The notes: generated from the letters alone by a model not told the origin. 32,000 bases of DNA from Synechococcus elongatus PCC 6301 (GCF_000010065.1 NC_006576.1:990001-1022000), one strand, 5' to 3'. Positions 10,651 through 21,083 are shown, counted from the stretch's first letter. Translations and numbers: made by a program.

Positions 10651-12510
10651 CTAGCGAGATCCGAGAATTTGGCTGAGATCGCGGACGCCGCCCCGGGCCG
10701 CCGAGGTCGTCATGGCTGCGTAGGCTTGTAGCGCTTGGGAAATCGGGCGATCACGATCTTTCGGAGTCCAAGCTTGGTCACCCCGCGCTTCCATAGCAGC
10801 ACGGCGGTGCGCCAGTTCTTCCTCCGAGACCGCTAGATGAATGCGGCGATTCGGGATGTCGATTTCGATGCGATCGCCCTGTTCTACCAGCGCAATGAGA
10901 CCGCCTTCCGCCGCCTCCGGCGAAACATGACCGATCGAGAGGCCGGACGTACCGCCCGAGAAACGTCCATCAGTAATCAGTGCACAGGCCTTACCCAAGC
11001 CCTTCGACTTGAGGTAGCTGGTGGGGTAAAGCATTTCCTGCATACCGGGGCCACCGCGCGGACCTTCGTAGCGAATCAGAACAACATCGCCTTCCTTGAC
11101 GCGCCCGTTCAGAATCCAGTTGACGGCTTCATCTTGGCTTTCGCAAACCACCGCTGGCCCCGAGAAGACAAGGATGTTTTCATCGACGCCGGCTGTTTTG
11201 ACAATGCAGCCCTGCTCGGCCAAGTTGCCGTAAAGCACCGCCAGACCCCCATCTTGCGAGTAGGCGTGTTCGATGTCGCGGATACAGCCATTCTCGCGAT
11301 CGAGATCCAAGGCGGTCCAGCGTTTCGACTGGCTAAAAGCTTCCTGGGTCGGTACCCCGCCCGGAGCCGCCAGATAGCGTGACTTCGCTTCCTCCGTCGC
11401 CGTTTCTCGGTTGATATCCCACTGATCGAGAGCTGCTCCCAGACTGGGGCTATGGACGGTTGGGACTTCGCGATGCAACAGCCCAGCGCGATCGAGCTCC
11501 CCGAGGATGGCGATCACACCGCCCGCTCGATGCACGTCCTCCATGTGGTACTTCTGCGTCGAGGGCGCGACCTTGCAGAGGTTAGGGATTTTGCGCGAGA
11601 GGCGATCGATGTCCTTCATCGTGAAGTCCACACCCGCCTCGTGAGCTGCCGCTAGTAGATGCAAGACCGTGTTGGTCGAGCCGCCCATCGCAATGTCGAG
11701 ACAGATCGCGTTTTCAAAGGCCTTGAAGCTGGCGATGCTGCGGGGTAAGACCGACTCGTCATCCTGCTCGTAGTACTGTTTCGCTAGTTTGACTGCCAAA
11801 CGACCCGCTTCGAGGAACAGCTCTTTGCGATCGCCGTGGGTTGCCAGCAACGAACCATTGCCCGGCAGACTCAAGCCCAGCGCTTCCGTCAGACAGTTCA
11901 TCGAGTTAGCCGTGAACATGCCCGAGCAAGAGCCACAGGTGGGGCAGGCCGATCGCTCAATCGTGGCCACATCTTCATCAGACTCGCGATCATCGGCGGC
12001 GACAACCATGGCATCGACCAAGTCGAGGTGGCGCTCTTCACCATTGAGGATGACTTTGCCCGCTTCCATCGGGCCACCGGAGACAAACACGGCGGGAATA
12101 TTGAGCCGCAGCGCCGCCATCAGCATCCCCGGCGTGATCTTGTCGCAGTTGGAAATGCAGACCAGCGCATCAGCACAATGGGCGTTGACCATGTACTCAA
12201 CCGAGTCGGCGATCAAGTCCCGCGATGGTAAAGAGTAGAGCATACCGCCGTGGCCCATGGCGATGCCGTCATCGACCGCGATTGTGTTGAATTCCTTGGC
12301 GACACCACCGGCTCGCTCAATCTCCCGCGCCACCAGTTGACCCAAGTCCTTGAGGTGGACGTGCCCCGGCACAAACTGGGTGAAGGAGTTCGCGACCGCA
12401 ATGATCGGCTTTTCAAAGTCCTCGTCCTTCATACCCGTGGCACGCCAAAGTGCTCGGGCGCCAGCCATGTTACGGCCGTAAGTCGTTGTGCGCGATCGGT
12501 ACTGAGGCAT
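10651..12510 (-). CDS. ilvD: Dihydroxy-acid dehydratase
   Basis: 619 aa; [57 protein letters not shown]; [37 protein letters not shown]. Confidence 0.97.
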   Translation of the reverse strand: MPQYRSRTTTYGRNMAGARALWRATGMKDEDFEKPIIAVANSFTQFVPGHVHLKDLGQLVAREIERAGGVAKEFNTIAVDDGIAMGHGGMLYSLPSRDLIADSVEYMVNAHCADALVCISNCDKITPGMLMAALRLNIPAVFVSGGPMEAGKVILNGEERHLDLVDAMVVAADDRESDEDVATIERSACPTCGSCSGMFTANSMNCLTEALGLSLPGNGSLLATHGDRKELFLEAGRLAVKLAKQYYEQDDESVLPRSIASFKAFENAICLDIAMGGSTNTVLHLLAAAHEAGVDFTMKDIDRLSRKIPNLCKVAPSTQKYHMEDVHRAGGVIAILGELDRAGLLHREVPTVHSPSLGAALDQWDINRETATEEAKSRYLAAPGGVPTQEAFSQSKRWTALDLDRENGCIRDIEHAYSQDGGLAVLYGNLAEQGCIVKTAGVDENILVFSGPAVVCESQDEAVNWILNGRVKEGDVVLIRYEGPRGGPGMQEMLYPTSYLKSKGLGKACALITDGRFSGGTSGLSIGHVSPEAAEGGLIALVEQGDRIEIDIPNRRIHLAVSEEELAHRRAAMEARGDQAWTPKDRDRPISQALQAYAAMTTSAARGGVRDLSQILGSR

Positions 12511-12686
12511 GGTGAGTGTTTCGGCGTCGTCTTCTAACCGAATTATCTGAGCAAATGCCCCCAGCTGGGTCAGACTCGGACTTCAGCGATCGCAATTGCG
12601 ACAATAGACAACGACCAAGGACCCCAGCAGCGGCAGTACTTTTGAGGGCGATCGCAGCAACTGAGGTCAGGCTTAATCAACAGGCG

Positions 12687-14453
12687 TTAGGCCGGAAAAA
12701 TCCGCAGACGCCGGTTCGGTTCTTCGCCAAAGCTGGCGGATTTGAGGCGGTAATGCTCCACCAGTTCGTGCTGCATTTTCCGCACGATCGCCGATCGCGG
12801 CAGTAGTTCCACTGGCTGGCCTTTCGGCAGCACGATTTGCTCGACTGCTAGCCGTGCCTCTTCCAGCGCCTCAATCTCATCGTTTTTACCCGCCTTCGTG
12901 AACAGCTCTAAGTTGACTGTTTCCGGCTCATCTAACTGCTCTTGATTGAGGAGCCGGCGCAGTGCTCGCACAATCTGCGGCATCGTGTTGGACTTGATCA
13001 CATGGATCGGCACATGGTGGTTGCGAGCCACATGACGCAGCTTCGACTGGCCTTTGAGTTGCCCCGCCAGCGCCAAAACCACATCGGCATCTGCCAAATC
13101 TTTGGTCAGCAAGACCGGCAGTTGCAGCGTGTCGATCACCTGCTCAAGGTAGTGGCGACTGACTGCGTAGGGGTAGACATGCAGCGGTAGCTCTTCGCCA
13201 TTGGGACCGACTGGACGGGCTACATCGGTCGCCAATGCCTGCTCAAAGGCTACCTCTGGGTCACGCAGATCTTCCCGCGTTGTCGGCACATCTAGTACCG
13301 GCGGTAGTGGCCGCATCCGTCCCGACGATCGCCAGCCGCGATCGCTGGTGTGGCTCCAAGTCTGCTGCGTGACGGAGGCCGGTTGCTTGGGCGCATCTTT
13401 GAAAGCCGGCGCAATTAGGACGCGGCCATCTTCCGAGAGCGTCCGTACCTGTGGATTGGGCTGACCTTGGCGCAGCAGTAGACCGACGGTGTTCGCCACA
13501 TCTTCGTGCACGACCCAGCGGTAGCGCTCCAGCATTTCCACCGCAATTTCGAAGGTGGGCGGCGCTTTACGCTCCAGCACCGTTTTCTGGCTACCACGAC
13601 GACGGGCTTCATCATCACCCAGCGTTACAGATTGAATGCCTCCGACCAAATCTGACAGCGTCGGGTTTTTGATCAGGTTTTCGATCTGGTTGCCGTGCGC
13701 CGTCCCGACCAGTTGAACGCCCCGTTCTGCGATCGTCCGTGCGGCGAGGGCTTCCAGTTCTGTACCGATTTCATCAATGATGATCACCTCGGGCATGTGG
13801 TTCTCCACCGCCTCGATCATCACTTGGTGCTGTAGCTCTGGCCGCGCTACTTGTAGCCGCCGCGCCCGCCCGATCGCCGGATGAGGAATGTCGCCATCGC
13901 CAGCAATTTCGTTGGAGGTGTCGATGATCACGACCCGCTTGAGTAGGTCATCGGCCAGCACCCGTGCCACTTCCCGCAGGGCAGTGGTTTTCCCAACGTC
14001 GGGACGACCTAGGAATAGCAGCGATTGCCCTGTTTCTACCAAGTCGCGGATCATGCCGACGGTGCCAAAGACAGCACGACCCACTCGACAGGTGAGACCA
14101 ATCACTTCGCCTTTGCGGTTGCGGATGGCACCTATCCGGTGCAGGGTACGCTCGATTCCCGCCCGATTATCGGCACCAAAATCACCGACCCGAGCAGCGC
14201 AATAGGCCAAGTCTTCACGGCTGACTGGCGTTTCCGACAGGTATTCTGCGCCCTCGGGAAAACGCGCCTCAGGGAAGCGCCCTAGGTCAAGCACCACCTC
14301 TACCAAGCGGTCTTTTTGGGGATGGCGCAGCAGCTGATCCCGGAGCTGGGGCGGCAGAATTTCCAGCAGTTCATCGAGGTTATCGACGACTGTCTTTTCG
14401 CGCACGGCTGCGAGTTCAGGCGTCAGTGTCTCGGAGGCAAGCGTCTCAGACAT
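12687..14453 (-). CDS. Ycf45-like P-loop ATPase with C-terminal R3H nucleic-acid-binding domain
   Basis: 588 aa; Walker A GRPDVGKTT, EVIIIDEIGTELEALAARTIAERGVQLVGTAHGN, C-terminal RSAIVRKMQHELVEHYRLKSASFGEEPNRRLRIFP (R3H-like). Confidence 0.85.
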   Translation of the reverse strand: MSETLASETLTPELAAVREKTVVDNLDELLEILPPQLRDQLLRHPQKDRLVEVVLDLGRFPEARFPEGAEYLSETPVSREDLAYCAARVGDFGADNRAGIERTLHRIGAIRNRKGEVIGLTCRVGRAVFGTVGMIRDLVETGQSLLFLGRPDVGKTTALREVARVLADDLLKRVVIIDTSNEIAGDGDIPHPAIGRARRLQVARPELQHQVMIEAVENHMPEVIIIDEIGTELEALAARTIAERGVQLVGTAHGNQIENLIKNPTLSDLVGGIQSVTLGDDEARRRGSQKTVLERKAPPTFEIAVEMLERYRWVVHEDVANTVGLLLRQGQPNPQVRTLSEDGRVLIAPAFKDAPKQPASVTQQTWSHTSDRGWRSSGRMRPLPPVLDVPTTREDLRDPEVAFEQALATDVARPVGPNGEELPLHVYPYAVSRHYLEQVIDTLQLPVLLTKDLADADVVLALAGQLKGQSKLRHVARNHHVPIHVIKSNTMPQIVRALRRLLNQEQLDEPETVNLELFTKAGKNDEIEALEEARLAVEQIVLPKGQPVELLPRSAIVRKMQHELVEHYRLKSASFGEEPNRRLRIFPA

Positions 14454-15511
14454 CAGGGGGTTCGTAGGAGGAAGGCCGGAATCGATCGCGTTGCACCACC
14501 CACCGCTTGTTTGAGCGGCCCCACCAAGGCGATCGCCGTTGTCACTGCGGCTTGCAGAACTTCGGGATGGGCTTCGAGGGATCGCTGCTGTTCTGCCAAA
14601 GGCTCTAGCAACTCAGCTAACGGTGTGCGTGCTGCTCCACCGCAGGCGATCCCCGCGACAAAGCGAGAAACCTGGGGTGCTAACAGCTTTAGCTCTTGCA
14701 GCTTAGCGACAGTGTGGGCATTGGTGCCGCCCGCTAGCTGCACATGGCCCGGTGGCCCCTCTGTCAGCATGGCTTGAGCGAAGCGCACAGCCGCATGGGT
14801 AGTACCGGCTCCAATATCACCGCTCATCGGGCGGCCGTCCGTCTGCCAAATCACGGTTTCAACCGTGTTGCCCACGAGTTCTTGCAAATCCCAGAGGTAG
14901 GCGATCGCCTCGGGATGAGCCGGACAACTGATCGCGATCGCCTGCAGTTGGGGCAGCCACGGTTGTAGTTGCTGCCAAAGCTGCTGAAATTCTTTTTGAT
15001 GCCCGACTTGGGTATGGATCTCGATCGCGTTGATCCCTAAGTCCAGTAATTCCGGCAAGAGAGCCGCAGCATCGACTTGCCAAGCCTGCGCTTCAATTAG
15101 CCCGAGCGGGCAGATCGGTAGACAGCGCCCACAGCCATAGCAGCGATCGCGTTGCACGCCAGTGGAAGTAATTGCATCGGTCGGACAGACCCGCTCGCAG
15201 GGTCTGGGGCAATCCGTGGGGCAGCGATCGGGATCAAACCAAGCGCGGGGGAAATGCAGATCCTCGCCGTCGTTAAGGCTGACCATCAGCCAGGGGCGAT
15301 CGCGTCCTGTTAGACGTTCATAGGCTGCGAGTCCTGCCAGCGCTGACCGCACCACAGCCGGCTCCGCCGCCACATCGACACAATCGGCACCGGCAAGGGC
15401 ATAGGTCAGAGCAAGGTTACGGATCACTGGCAAGTGCTGGTAGCTTGCGCCACAGATCAGCTTGAACCAGTGACCCGCTTGTAGAGCTTCGAGGGGGAAT
15501 GAGGCACTCAC
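14453..15511 (-). CDS. ldpA: LdpA, Fe-S protein of circadian input/redox sensing
   Basis: 352 aa; MSASFPLEALQAGHWFKLICGASYQHLPVIRNLALTYALAGADCVDVAAEPAVV; two Cys-rich motifs CPTDCPRPCERVCP and CYGCGRCLPICP. GTG start, exact start uncertain. Confidence 0.88.
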   Translation of the reverse strand: MSASFPLEALQAGHWFKLICGASYQHLPVIRNLALTYALAGADCVDVAAEPAVVRSALAGLAAYERLTGRDRPWLMVSLNDGEDLHFPRAWFDPDRCPTDCPRPCERVCPTDAITSTGVQRDRCYGCGRCLPICPLGLIEAQAWQVDAAALLPELLDLGINAIEIHTQVGHQKEFQQLWQQLQPWLPQLQAIAISCPAHPEAIAYLWDLQELVGNTVETVIWQTDGRPMSGDIGAGTTHAAVRFAQAMLTEGPPGHVQLAGGTNAHTVAKLQELKLLAPQVSRFVAGIACGGAARTPLAELLEPLAEQQRSLEAHPEVLQAAVTTAIALVGPLKQAVGGATRSIPAFLLRTP

Positions 15512-15520
15512 CCCTCAATG

Positions 15521-16900
15521 CTATCGACTTACCGGCTGGAGGTGTTGCTCGAAGCGAGCGCGGTAATCGCTCTTCATTTTGACGCCGCGAATCTCATCGA
15601 CTTTGGCCTTGTCTTTGAACAGCTGCAGGGTTGGTGTCCCAACCACACCAGCAGACTGGGCAATTTCCGGATCAGCATCAATGTCGATCAGCACGTAGTG
15701 CAGGCGATCGGAGAACTCTTCCGCCACTTTGCGTAGGATCGGCTTTAGCGTCCGGCAAGGGCCACAGGTTGGCGCCGTGTAGAGCACCGCCAAGAGGCGA
15801 TCGGACTCATGGTAGAGCTTGCGCAGGGCATAGCTGCCTTCGTGGTAGACCGACGTAGGGTCAAATTCAGAGGCTTCCGGCTGACTGGCAGCAGGCGTTG
15901 CTGCAGCCTTGGTCTCTGGCTCTGCCGCTGCAGCTTCCTGCTTGTATTCCTGCAGCAAGTTATGAGCCGACAGGTAGCGTTCCGCCAGCAGTGCTGCCGC
16001 ACAACCCGTTCCTGCGGCTGTAATTGCTTGGCGATATTCGTGATCCTGCACATCGCTCGCAGCAAACACGCCTTCCAGCGAGGTTTCTACGGAATCAGGC
16101 TTGGTGCGAATGTAGCCGGTTCCATCCAGCTCAATTTGGCCTTCGAACAGTTTTGTATTCGGGGTGTGACCGATCGCGTAGAACAATCCTTGGGCCGCGA
16201 TCGCTTTTTCTTCACCAGTTTGATTATTGCGAACGCGCACTGCCTCTAGCAGCGTATTGCCCACTGCTTCGATCGCTTCGGTATGCCAGTGGACGGTGAC
16301 GTTGGGATGGGCTAGCACGCGATCTTGCATCGCTTTACTCGCTCGCATGCGATCGCTGCGCACCAACAAGTGAACATGCTTAGCGTATTTGGTCAGATAG
16401 ACCGCTTCTTCCGCCGCCGTATCGCCACCGCCAATGACTACCAGTTCACCATCACGGAAGATCGGCGCAGCTCCGTCACAAATCGCGCAGGCAGAAATGC
16501 CGTTGTTCCAGAGGCGGTCTTCGCCGGGTAGAGACAGACGCCGGGCCGTCGCTCCCGTGGCGATGATCACGCTGTGGGCCAGCACCTCCCGCTCTTGGGA
16601 ACGAATCCGAAACGGACGCTGACTGAGGTCGGCGCTGATCACGTCTTCGGTGTAGAGTTCTGCACCCCAGCGCACAGCTTGAGCCCGCATCCGCTCCATC
16701 AGCTCAGGGCCGGTGATGCCCTCTGGGAACCCCGGAAAGTTTTCCACCTCGGTTGTCGTCATCAACTGACCACCGGGCAAGCCACCCAGCTGATAGCCCT
16801 CGAACATCAAGGGCTTGAGATTAGCGCGAGCTGCGTAGATTGCCGCAGTCAACCCTGCCGGACCCGAACCAATAATGACCACGTTTTCAACGCCAGTCAT
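15521..16900 (-). CDS. trxB: NADPH-dependent thioredoxin reductase fused to thioredoxin (NTRC-type)
   Basis: 459 aa; FAD motif [16 protein letters not shown], active site [16 protein letters not shown], then a linker and C-terminal thioredoxin domain with [15 protein letters not shown]. Confidence 0.93.
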   Translation of the reverse strand: MTGVENVVIIGSGPAGLTAAIYAARANLKPLMFEGYQLGGLPGGQLMTTTEVENFPGFPEGITGPELMERMRAQAVRWGAELYTEDVISADLSQRPFRIRSQEREVLAHSVIIATGATARRLSLPGEDRLWNNGISACAICDGAAPIFRDGELVVIGGGDTAAEEAVYLTKYAKHVHLLVRSDRMRASKAMQDRVLAHPNVTVHWHTEAIEAVGNTLLEAVRVRNNQTGEEKAIAAQGLFYAIGHTPNTKLFEGQIELDGTGYIRTKPDSVETSLEGVFAASDVQDHEYRQAITAAGTGCAAALLAERYLSAHNLLQEYKQEAAAAEPETKAAATPAASQPEASEFDPTSVYHEGSYALRKLYHESDRLLAVLYTAPTCGPCRTLKPILRKVAEEFSDRLHYVLIDIDADPEIAQSAGVVGTPTLQLFKDKAKVDEIRGVKMKSDYRARFEQHLQPVSR

Positions 16901-16959
16901 GACATCCCCCCAAAGTCATAATGACTACATATTAGAGGATTGTTCGGGTCTACGGGGGC

Positions 16960-18957
16960 TTATTGTTGGGCGCGATACTCATCGGCGCTCAGGGTGCGCC
17001 ACTGGGACTCGGGCAGAATTTCCAGCACGGTTTCGTGGAAATCGCAGAGGGTAGGGCGGTGACCCACACTGACGTAGCTGATTCCCAGATTGCGCAGCAG
17101 CGTGTAAACCCGATGTTCATTGGCAACGTCGAGGGCGCTGGTGCCTTCGTCGAGGATGGCAAACTTGGGACGGCTGAGCACGATTCGGGCAAAGGCCAAG
17201 CGCTGCTGCTCCCCGAGCGAGAAGACACTGCTCCAGTCTTCAAGGGCATCAAAGCCTTCGGGGCGATCGTCGAGGATGTAACGGAGATTGACCCGTTCCA
17301 GCGCATCCAGCAATTCCGCATCGCTGAAGCGGCCCGGTGCATGGGGATAGACCAGCTGCGACCGCAGGTTCCCCAGCAGCATGTAGGGGCGCTGGGGCAG
17401 GAAGAGAATATCCTGCGTAGATGGCCGTTCAATCTGACCTTGGCCACTATTCCAGAGACCGGCGATCGCTCGCAGCAGCGAAGTTTTGCCAAAGCCACTG
17501 GGACCGACGATCAGCAAGGCTTCTTGGTCGGCCAAGCTGAGGTTCAAATCCTTGACCAAGACTTTGCGATAGTCCGGCGTTTCCAAGATGACATCGACGA
17601 GCCGCAGCAACGGGCCGTATTCAGTACTGATCTGAGGACGATTGCGATCGGTTTCGGTGCGCTCCACCGTCCGCATCACCTGTTCAAAGGAACCAAGACG
17701 ATTGACCCCAGCGGCGAAACGCGAAATTTCCTGAATCTGGTAGGTGATGATCGACAGCGCTCCCAAAATTTGCGAGAAAGCCAGAATTGACTGGGAGATC
17801 ACGCCGAAATCCTGCTGGCCGCTGAAGTAAAGCGGCACCACAATCAGGTAGGGCGGAATTCGCGAGAAGTAGTCGTAGAAGCGCTGATAGACCGAAAGGA
17901 TGGTATTCCAGATGATCAAGCGATCGAAGTTCAGCAGGACTTGGCCAAAGCGATCGCGGACTTGGCGGCGTTCTTGAGCTTCCCCTTGATAAAAGGCGAT
18001 CGTTTCGGCGTTATCCCGCACATGCACCATGCCGTACCGGAAGTTCGCTTCAAGACGCAGTTGATCAAAGTTGATCCGAATTAGTTTGGTCCCGGCCAAG
18101 ACTGAGATTGCCGTCCCAATCACGGCGTAGGCGAGCAGTCCTAGCGTCAACTGCTTGGAAACCGTCCAGAGAATCGCCGTGAAGCTAATCAGTGTTAGGA
18201 CTGCATCAAAGACTTGAATCAAGAACGACAGGGTTGTGTCGGTAAAAGCTTTGACGTCCTCAGTGATCCGCTGGTCTGGGTTGTCGACTGCCGTATCAGC
18301 CGAGTTGGAATCGAGACGATAGTAGACCCGATTGCCAAAATAGCGGCGCAGAAAATCATCGGTGAGCCATTCCCGCCAGAGCAGCCCCAGCTTCAGTGGC
18401 AGATAACTGAGTGCCCCTCGCACGGGCAGGGCAATCACTAGCGTCAGCACATAAATACCAAGGAACTGCCAGAAGCTGGCTTGTTCTTTGGCGACGAGGC
18501 TGTTTTCCAGCACCCGAGCGATAAAAGTGATACCAACGTTGATGCCATTGATGGCAAACAACAGAAAGATGAGTCCACCCAACATCAGCCAGGGCAACCA
18601 GCGGTGCCGAATCTTGCGCCAAAAGGCGGCAAAGACTCCGGCACCAACTAGAAAAATCAGGGCGCAGATACCCAAAAAGGGCGATTGGAGCCAGGCATCA
18701 ACCTGCTGCACCAGCCCCTTGGCCACCAGATCAACGAATTGAGCCGGTAAAACGGCTGCCCCCAGCTTGGTGACCCCCACTAAGGCAAAGAAGGTCAGGC
18801 TGACCACGTCCATCAGCAGGGCGATCAGCAGCCCAGAAAATGCCCAGAGACTATTTTTCTCCAGCGGATAGAAGTAGGGCTGAGCAATCTGGATAAAGCT
18901 GTCCCAGAGCTTTTTATCAAAGCGAAAGCGATTGATTTCAGGAGGAGATGCCGTCAT
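16960..18957 (-). CDS. ABC transporter, fused permease/ATPase of the SbmA/BacA (ABC_membrane_2) type
   Basis: 665 aa; N-terminal TM domain with NPDQRITEDVKAFTDTTLSFL, C-terminal NBD with GPSGFGKTSLLRAIAGLW, LGEQQRLAFARIVLSRPKFAILDEGTSALD. Confidence 0.88.
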   Translation of the reverse strand: MTASPPEINRFRFDKKLWDSFIQIAQPYFYPLEKNSLWAFSGLLIALLMDVVSLTFFALVGVTKLGAAVLPAQFVDLVAKGLVQQVDAWLQSPFLGICALIFLVGAGVFAAFWRKIRHRWLPWLMLGGLIFLLFAINGINVGITFIARVLENSLVAKEQASFWQFLGIYVLTLVIALPVRGALSYLPLKLGLLWREWLTDDFLRRYFGNRVYYRLDSNSADTAVDNPDQRITEDVKAFTDTTLSFLIQVFDAVLTLISFTAILWTVSKQLTLGLLAYAVIGTAISVLAGTKLIRINFDQLRLEANFRYGMVHVRDNAETIAFYQGEAQERRQVRDRFGQVLLNFDRLIIWNTILSVYQRFYDYFSRIPPYLIVVPLYFSGQQDFGVISQSILAFSQILGALSIITYQIQEISRFAAGVNRLGSFEQVMRTVERTETDRNRPQISTEYGPLLRLVDVILETPDYRKVLVKDLNLSLADQEALLIVGPSGFGKTSLLRAIAGLWNSGQGQIERPSTQDILFLPQRPYMLLGNLRSQLVYPHAPGRFSDAELLDALERVNLRYILDDRPEGFDALEDWSSVFSLGEQQRLAFARIVLSRPKFAILDEGTSALDVANEHRVYTLLRNLGISYVSVGHRPTLCDFHETVLEILPESQWRTLSADEYRAQQ

Positions 18958-18978
18958 AACAAGCCAAGTTGAGCAGGA

Positions 18979-20157
18979 TTACGAACAGACCGTGACGAAC
19001 AGTTGGAGCAGCCAAGCCTGCTCACCATCATCCGCCCACTCCAGCATTAATTCTTCATTGGGGCTCAGCGATCGCTGTAGCGGTTCCAGCCGTGCCATAA
19101 GGCGATCGAGCACGGTGCGGGGCAAATCACCGGTCGAGTTCGGCATCAAGCTGACAGTTTGGTTCTCCCAACGATAGTGATCGCGGGGCCGAGAACTGCG
19201 ATGGAGATTTTGGCGATCGCCCGGAAGCCCCCAGATATCGACGGTCTGCGATCGCAACATCACCCAGCCGGCATAGCGCGCCAAGGGCGATCGCTGCAGG
19301 ATAATCGCCACGCCACTGCCCACGGGCTGACGCTGGTAGTCGGCCAGAACCACGTAGATAGCCTGACGCAACTCCACCAGATCGCGCACAATCTGACAGT
19401 CCTCGGCCTGAATGCTACCGCCCACAGGTGATGACAGCACTGCCAGCGGTTCCTCGGGGGTCACATCTGCCACCTGCAACAGCCACTCAGGGTCATCGCC
19501 GGGCTGCAAGACCCAGGCTGGAGGCGTCGCGCCACTCTGTTGATGCAACTGCACGAGGTTGTGGGCACGGTGCCCGATGGGAGCTTGGGTTCCCACCAAG
19601 CTGGTCAAATCCCGGATGCCGCGCTCGGGTCGCGAAAAGGCTGTGTCTAAGCCTGGGGAGAGAGGGGTGCTGACCATGACCAACCAGAGCGCCAACAACA
19701 CCGTCAGCGCGACCCGTACCCCATCTTGGCCATGCATCAACGCCGTCACTACCGGAAAGGCTGCGATCGCCAGTGCCCAGCTCCAGCGGCTGTTTTGCAC
19801 CACGATCACACTGACTATCCCCAGCAGTAGGGCGATCGTAGCGGTTGGCCAATCAGCCCAAAAGAAAGCCACCGCGATCGCGGTGAGCAGCGGTTGGCGT
19901 TGACTGAGGTAGCCACCAACACTCAGGGCTAGCAGCGCCAGCAGGTAGAGGGGCGATCGCGCGAGATCTAACCCAGCAGCGATCGCAAAGACCAAACTTC
20001 CCCGCAACAGTGCCAGCAGGGACTGTTGCCAGGGCATCGCTTGGGGGTCTAGCTGCACCACACCCCTCAAGGTCAGTGGTTTTTGACGGGGCAATGCTCC
20101 GATCGCTAGGGCGAGGAGAACAAGAACAACGGCAGAGAAAGGAGGGCTGATGCCCAT
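18979..20157 (-). CDS. Multi-pass membrane protein with C-terminal domain weakly resembling a PEP/pyruvate-binding (PPDK_N) domain; function unknown
   Basis: 392 aa; hydrophobic N-terminal half, then APIGHRAHNLVQLHQQSGATPPAWVL ... GSGVAIILQRS ... NEELMLEWADDGEQAWLLQL, resembling (V)GGKAANLAELxxAGxPVPPGFVL / VAVVVQRM / xIEWAxDGxxLWLLQARP. Confidence 0.6.
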   Translation of the reverse strand: MGISPPFSAVVLVLLALAIGALPRQKPLTLRGVVQLDPQAMPWQQSLLALLRGSLVFAIAAGLDLARSPLYLLALLALSVGGYLSQRQPLLTAIAVAFFWADWPTATIALLLGIVSVIVVQNSRWSWALAIAAFPVVTALMHGQDGVRVALTVLLALWLVMVSTPLSPGLDTAFSRPERGIRDLTSLVGTQAPIGHRAHNLVQLHQQSGATPPAWVLQPGDDPEWLLQVADVTPEEPLAVLSSPVGGSIQAEDCQIVRDLVELRQAIYVVLADYQRQPVGSGVAIILQRSPLARYAGWVMLRSQTVDIWGLPGDRQNLHRSSRPRDHYRWENQTVSLMPNSTGDLPRTVLDRLMARLEPLQRSLSPNEELMLEWADDGEQAWLLQLFVTVCS

Positions 20158-20301
20158 AGCAATCTTTGAGCGGAAGAACAGGAGCAGCCAAGCGGCCTTT
20201 CTCCAGCCTAAAGCCCCCGTTTCTGGGCCGTGCGATCGATCGACTTCCTCCAGCCAGAGTCAGCGGGTTGCAGACGGTCCACGGCAGGCGCTGCAGGCAG
20301 T

Positions 20302-21006
20302 CTAGTAGCGGATTTGCAGGGTGACAGAGGCCGTTACATCCTGCTCACCCCCAACGATCGGCACATTGGCGGCACTATCGGCCACCGCAGTGCGCATCTG
20401 GGGCACAGGTCCAGGCGCTGCAGCACTATTGACTTGAATCGTTTGGATCTCCTGGGCGGACAACCCTAGCGATCGCAAAACGATATCGGCTTTCTGGCGA
20501 GCATCAGCCGCCGCCTCGCGTAAGGCCGTCGCTTGAGCCGTCTCGAGTTCAGGGTCTGTAGCAACAAAGCGAATACTGTCGATACGAGTGCTCCCAGACT
20601 TAACCGCCGCATCAATCACCGAACCAGCAGCATTACTGGGGCTACGAAATTGCAGGCTGTAGGTTGCCGTAAACCCATCGGGGATTTGTTGATTGTCGCG
20701 ATAGCGGTAGCGGGGGCTAAGCGTAATTCCCGTGGTGGTCAACTGTTCGACGCGGCGATCGCGCAACAGCTTGACCAAGCTATCGGCACGGCGGGAAACC
20801 TCTGCTTGTGCCGCTTCGGCTGTTGCAGCTTGGACTTCCACCCCGAGATTGACTTCCAACAGCTTGGCAGTCACGGACTCGCGGCCTTGTCCAGTCACAG
20901 TGATCAATCGTTGGGGCGATGGTTCCGTTACGGCAGGGCCGGGCAAGACTAGCAAGGCGGCGGTCGTCAGGGCCAACCAATGCCAAGGCCGTTGTTGACT
21001 CAACAC
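20302..21006 (-). CDS. SIMPL-domain (DUF541) periplasmic protein
   Basis: 234 aa; signal-like N-term, ITVTGQGRESVTAKLLEVNLGVEVQAATAEAAQAEVSRRADSLVKLL, ALREAAADARQKADIVLRSLGLSAQEIQTIQ. Confidence 0.8.
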   Translation of the reverse strand: MLSQQRPWHWLALTTAALLVLPGPAVTEPSPQRLITVTGQGRESVTAKLLEVNLGVEVQAATAEAAQAEVSRRADSLVKLLRDRRVEQLTTTGITLSPRYRYRDNQQIPDGFTATYSLQFRSPSNAAGSVIDAAVKSGSTRIDSIRFVATDPELETAQATALREAAADARQKADIVLRSLGLSAQEIQTIQVNSAAAPGPVPQMRTAVADSAANVPIVGGEQDVTASVTLQIRY

Positions 21007-21083
21007 CAGTTCAATTCCTGCGGCAGTACAACCGTGATCTTGACGCCGACTCAGGGCGAAACGTGCCCATTCGTTTCAAGACT

